Positions 58,529 to 64,000 of a DNA stretch of 64,000 nt are shown here, one piece after another (the stretch's first letter is position 1; the number at the start of each line of letters is the position of its first letter). This DNA is from Pristiophorus japonicus. Its lineage: Eukaryota. The position numbers were made by a program, and so were the translations under genes. Under the pieces are notes generated by a model. It was not told the origin of the DNA and searched no databases. It saw only the letters and a list, made by a program, of their open reading frames with translations. The stretch lies in contig NC_091984.1 in the NCBI RefSeq assembly GCF_044704955.1, positions 144,026,001-144,090,000 on the forward strand. The letters run 5' to 3'.

Positions 58529-61500
58529 CAGCAGCAGTCGGGAGCAGCGTCGGAGGTGCGTGGAGAGGCCTATAAAAGGCACAGCAGGGAGTCCGGGGCC
58601 CAGCCTCGGGAGCAGTGTCGAGGAGGTCCATTGGTGAGGCCTATAAAAGGCAGAGCAGGGAGTCCGGGGCCCAGCCTCGGGAGCAGCGTCGAGGAGGTCC
58701 ATTAGTGAGGCCTATAAAAGGCACAGCAGGGAGTCCGGGGCCCAGCCTCGGGAGCAGTGTCGAGGAGGTCCGTTGGTGAGGCCTATAAAAGGCACAGCAG
58801 GGAGTCCGGGGCCCAGCGTCGGGAGCAGTGTCGAGGAGGTCCGTTGGTGAGGCCTATAAAAGGCACAGCAGGGAGTCTGGGGCCCAGCCTCGGGAGCAGT
58901 GTCGAGGAGGTCCGTTGGTGAGGCCTATAAAAGGCACAGCAGGGAGTCCGGGGCCCAGCCTCGGGAGCAGTGTCGAGGAGGTCCGTTGGTGAGGCCTATA
59001 AAAGGCACAGCAGGGAGTCTGGGGCCCAGCCTCGGGAGCAGTGTCGAGGAGGTCCGTTGGTGAGGCAAAAAAGAAGTAGAAAGAAACAGAAGGGTGACGT
59101 CACAGCCAAGGGGGTAAGTGATTGGCTGGTGATTGGCGAGTACTTTTTATTTTTTCTCTTCTATAACAGTGAGTAACTTTAGCATTGTTGTTGCCTATCT
59201 CAGGGTTAAGTCATGGCAGGACAGTTCGGTCACGTGTTATGCTCCTCCTGTACCATGTGGGAACTCAGGGACGACTCCAGTGTCCCTGACGACTACATGT
59301 GCGGGAAGTGTATCCGCCTCCAGCTCCTGACGGACCGCGTTGCGGAGTTGGAGCAGAGGGTGGATTCACTCTGGAGCATCCACGATGCTGAGAATGACGT
59401 GAGTAGCACATGTAGCGAGTTGGTTGTACCGCAGGTAAAGGGTCCACAGCCAGCTTGGGAATGGAAGACCAGCAGGAAGAGCAGAGCAAGGAAGGTAGTG
59501 CAGGGGTCTCCTGTGGTCATCCCCCTGCAAAACAGATACACTGCTTTGAGTACTGTTGAGGGGGATGACTCATCAGGGGAGGGCAGCAGCAGCCAAGTTC
59601 ATGGCACCGTGGCTGGCTCTGTTGCACAGGAGGGCAGGAAAAAGAGTGGGAGAGCGATAGTGATAGGGGATTCAATTGTCAGGGGAATAGATAGGTGTTT
59701 CTGCGGCTGCAACCAAGACTCCAGGATGGTACGTTGCCTCCCTGGTGCAAGGGTCAAGGATGTCTCGGAGCGGGTGCAGGACATTTTAAAAAGGGAGGAA
59801 GAACAGCCAGTTGTCGTGGTGCACATTGGTACCAACGACATCGGTAAAAAAAATGGATTAGGACCTACGAAACGAATTTAAGGAGCTACGAGCTAAATTA
59901 AAAAGTAGGACCTCAAAAGTAGTAATCTTGGGATTGCTACCAGTGCCACGTGCTAGTCAGAGTAGGAATCGCAGGATAGCGCAGATGAATACGTGGCTTG
60001 AGCAGTGGTGCAGCAGGGAGGGATTCAAATTCCTGGGGCATTGGAACCGGTTCTGGGGCAGGTGGGACCAGTACAAACCGGACGGTCTGCATCTGGGCAG
60101 GACCGGAACCAATGTCCTAGGGGGAGTGTTTGCTCGTGCTGTTGGGAAGGAGTTAAACTAATGTAGCAGGGGGATGGGAACCAATGCAGGGATACAGAGG
60201 GAAACAAAAAGGAGACAAAAGCAAAAGACAGAAAGGAGATGAGGAAAATTGGAGGGCAGAGAAACTCAAGGCAAAGAACAAAAAGGGTCACTGTACAGCA
60301 AAATTCTAAAAGGACAAAGGGTGTTAAAAAAACAAGCCTGAAGGATTTGTGTCTTAATGCAAGGAGTATCCATAATAAGGTGGATGAATTAACTGTGCAA
60401 ATAGATGTTAACAAATATGATGTGATTGGGATTACAGTGACGTGGCTCCAGGATGATCAGGGCTGGGAACTCAACATCCAGGGGTATTCAACATTCAGGA
60501 AGGATAGAATAAAAAGAAAAGGAGGTGGGGTAGCATTGCTGGTTAAAGAGGAAATTAATGCAATCGTTAGGAAGGACATTAGCTTGGATGATGTGGAATC
60601 TATATGGGTAGAGCTGCAGAACACCAAAGGGCAAAAAACGTTAGTGGGAGTTGTGTACAGACCTCCAAACAGTATAGTGATGTTGGGGAGGGCATCAAAC
60701 AGGAAATTAGAGGTGCATGCAATAAAGGTGCAGCAGTTATAATGGGTGACTTTAATATGCACAGAGATTGGGCGAACCAAACTGGAAGCAATACGGTGGA
60801 GGAGGATTTCCTGACGTGCATAAGGGATGGTTTTCGAGACCAATATGTCAAGGAACCAACGAGGGGGGAGGCCATCTTAGACTGGGTGTTGTGTAATGAG
60901 AGAGGAATAATTAGCAATCTCGTTGTGCGAGGCCCCTTGGGGAAGAGTGACCATAATATGGTGGAATTCTGCATTAGGATGGAGAATGAAACAGTTAATT
61001 CAGAGACCATGGTCCAGAACTTAAAGAAGGGTAACTTTGAAGGTATGAGGCGTGATTAGGCCAGGATAGATTGGCGAATGATACTTAAGGGGTTGACTGT
61101 GGATGGGCAATGGCAGACATTTAGAGACCGCATTGATGAACTACAACAATTGTACATTCCTGTCTGGCGTAAAAATAAAAAAGGGAAGGTGGCTCAATCG
61201 TGGCTATCAAGGGAAATCAGGGATAATATTAAAGCCAAGGAAGTGGCATACAAATTGGCCAGAAATAGCAGTGAACCCGGGGACTGGGAGAAATTTAGAA
61301 CTCAGCAGAGGAGGACAAAGGGTTTGATTAGGGCAGGGAAAATGGAGTACGAGAAGAAGCTTGCAGGGAACATTAAGACGGATTGCAAAAGTTTTTATAG
61401 ATATGTAAAGAGAAAAAGGTTAGTAAAGACAAACGTAGGTCACCTGCAGTCAGAATCAGGGGAAGTCATAACGGGGAACAAAGAAATGGCGGACCAATTG

Positions 61501-63197
61501 AACAAGTACTTTGGTTCACTATTCACTAAGGAGGATACAAACAACCTTCCGGATATAAAAGGGGTCAGAGGGTCTAGTAAGGAGGAGGAACTGAGGGAAA
61601 TCCTTATTAGGCGGCAAATTGTGTTGGGGAAATTGATGGGATTGAAGGCCGATAAATTCCCAGGACCTGATGGACTACATCCCAGAGTACTTAAGGAGGT
61701 GGCCTTGGAAATAGCGGATGCATTGACAGTCATGTTCCAACATTCCATTGACTCTGGATCAGTTCCTATCGAGTGGAGGGTAGCCAATGTAACCCCACTT
61801 TTTAAAAAAGGAGGGAGAGAGAAAACAGGGAATTATAGACCGGTCAGCCTGATATCGGTAGTGGGTAAAATGATGGAATCAATTCTTAAGGATGTCATAG
61901 CAGTGCATTTGGAAAGAGGTGACGTGATAGGTCCAAGTCAGCATGGATTTGTGAAAGGGAAATCATGCTTGACAAATCTTCTGGAATTTTTTGAGGATGT
62001 TTCCAGTAGAGTGGACAAGGGAGAACCAGTTGATGTGGTGTATTTGGACTTTCAGAAGGCTTTCGACAAGGTCCCACACAAGAGATTAATGTGCAAAGTT
62101 AAAGCACATGGGATTGGGGGTAGTGTGCTGGCATGGATTGAGAACTGATTGTCAGACAGGAAGCAAAGAATAGGTGTAAGTGTGTACTTTTCACAATGGC
62201 AGGCAGTGACTAGTGGGGTACCGCAAGGTTCTGTGCTGGGGCCCCAGCTGTTTACACTGTACATTAATGATTTAGACCAGGGGATTAAATGTAGTATCTC
62301 CAAATTTGCAGATGACACTAAGTTGGGTGGCAGTGTGAGCTGCGAGGAGGATGCTGTGAGGCTGCAGAGCGAGTTGGATAGGTTAGGTGAGTGGGCAAAT
62401 GCATGGCAGATGAAGTATAATGTGGATAAATGTGAGGTTATCCACTTTGGTGGGAAAAACAGAGAGACAGACTATTATCTGAATGGTGACAGATTAGGAA
62501 AAGGGGAGGTGCAACGAGACCTGGGTGTCATGGTACATCAGTCATTGAAGGTTGGCATGCAGGTACAGCAGGCGGTTAAGAAAGCAAATTACATGTTGGC
62601 CTTCATAGCGAGGGGATTTGAGTACAGGGGCAGGGAGTATTGTGTACAGTTTTGGTCTCCTAACCTGAGGAAGGACATTCTTGCTATTGAGGGAGTGCAG
62701 CGATGGTTCACCAGACTGATTCCCGGGATGGCGGGACTGACCTATCAAGAAAGACTGTATCAACCGGGCTTGTATTCACTGGAGTTCAGAAGAATGAGAG
62801 GGGACCTCATAGAAACGTTTAAAATTCTGATGGGTTTAGACAGGTTAGATGCAGGAAGAATGTTCCCAATGTTGGGGAAGTCCAGAACCAGGGGTCACAG
62901 TCTAAGGATAAGGGATAAGCCATTTAGGACCGAGATGAGGAGAAACTTCTTCACCCAGAGAGTGGTGAACCTGTGGAATTCTCTACCTCAGAAAGTTGTT
63001 GAGGCCAATTCACTAAATATATTCAAAAAGAAGTTTAATGAAGTCCTTACTACTAGGGGGATCACGGGGTATGGCGACAAAGCAGGAATGGGGTACTGAA
63101 GTTACATGTTCAGCCATGAACACATTGAATGGCGGTGCAGGCTTGAAGGGCCGAATGGCCTACTCCTGCACTTATTGTCTATGTTTTCTATGTTTTC
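58529..63197 (+). mobile_element. Near full-length CR1 LINE, inactivated
   Basis: Seven 71-bp 5' repeats; ORF1 59213-60161 (frameshifted); ORF2 about 60300-63099 with stops; tail. Confidence 0.95.
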
Positions 63198-63559
63198 TAA
63201 TCCCCTTCCCACACACGGTGCAGAATCTCTATGATCACGGACTCTATGGGGGATAAATTCGATCGGCCCTGCAAACATGCGCGAGGATCACGATGCGGGA
63301 TTAACCCACGCCCATAGCTCCCGATGCAGGCAGCAGGCCAAATTTGTGCTGCCTGCTAACCAACATGATTTTTGCGCGCACCCAGCACTAACTGTGCTGT
63401 TGAGTGGCTACAGGCCTCAGCGGCCGGGGCCCAAGGTTGTGTGAGGCTGGCACCAGTTAAAGCTGGCCTGCACCTCTTAATGGACAAGTAAAATGTGTCT
63501 GGAGCAGGTGCTGGAAGTGGCTGTGGACGACATTCTGACCTGGACCAAGACGTACTGAT

Positions 63560-63770
63560 GACACAACAGGGGAGAGAGCCGGCTCCAAGATCCTCCAGCG
63601 CTGCACTGAAGGCCTTGGGGGAGGAGGTGCAGAGGGGGAGAGATGTTCTCTACCCACACGGGGCGAGGAGGCTCCACCAGACAAACGTTTCGAAGGCAGT
63701 GAGACCAGGACCCGAGGACTGGGATGTAGTGCCGCCAAATGTTCAATGACCTCACGAGAGTGGTCAAGGT
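63560..63770 (+). pseudogene. Myb/SANT-like DNA-binding remnant, probably the second gene of a Harbinger element
   Basis: REPAPRSSSAALKALGEEVQRGRDVLYP and FNDLTRVVK followed by a GT donor resemble Harbinger-associated Myb/SANT-like proteins. Confidence 0.5.
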
Positions 63771-64000
63771 CGGTGAATTCATCTTCAAATGCCGTGTCCC
63801 ACCAACTGCTCCACTAGTCTCACACATTGCTCAATGTACCACACCCCCATCACCCACTACCAACAATCTCTAGCAATCAGGACTCATACACAAGGACAGA
63901 AGGTATAGGAGCAGGAGTGGGCCATACGGCCCCTCGAGCTGGTCCACCATTCAATAAGATCATGGTGGATTTGATCTTGGCCTCAATTCCACTTCGCCGC

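Overview
Repeat-dense vertebrate genomic DNA, most likely from a shark or other cartilaginous fish. The single host gene is a complete, unrearranged immunoglobulin kappa-type (shark type III/NS4-like) light-chain cluster on the minus strand. It has a leader exon (52893-52941), a V exon with a 12-bp-spacer RSS (52407-52705), one J with a 23-bp-spacer RSS (50879-50913) and a C exon (41941-42269). Reading frames and splice sites are intact, but the RSSs and promoter octamer are non-canonical. The rest is nested mobile DNA: a decayed Gypsy element, two near-full-length CR1 LINEs and many fragments, L2, RTE and Tx1 fragments, tRNA-derived SINEs, a TIR-bounded Harbinger transposon and several satellites. 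Most unusual are two related endogenous retrovirus-like elements (about 2757-13830 minus; 21843-29483 plus). They share a Ser-tRNA-like PBS, one CCHC knuckle, an in-frame UGA-CGR gag-pol junction, spuma-like RT motifs and two RNase H domains. Downstream of integrase, the first carries a glycoprotein ORF with a signal-peptide-like start and an apparent Ig-fold domain. The second has no such gene and appears to be a recombinant of two LTR subfamilies. All calls come from reading the sequence by eye; no database searches were run.
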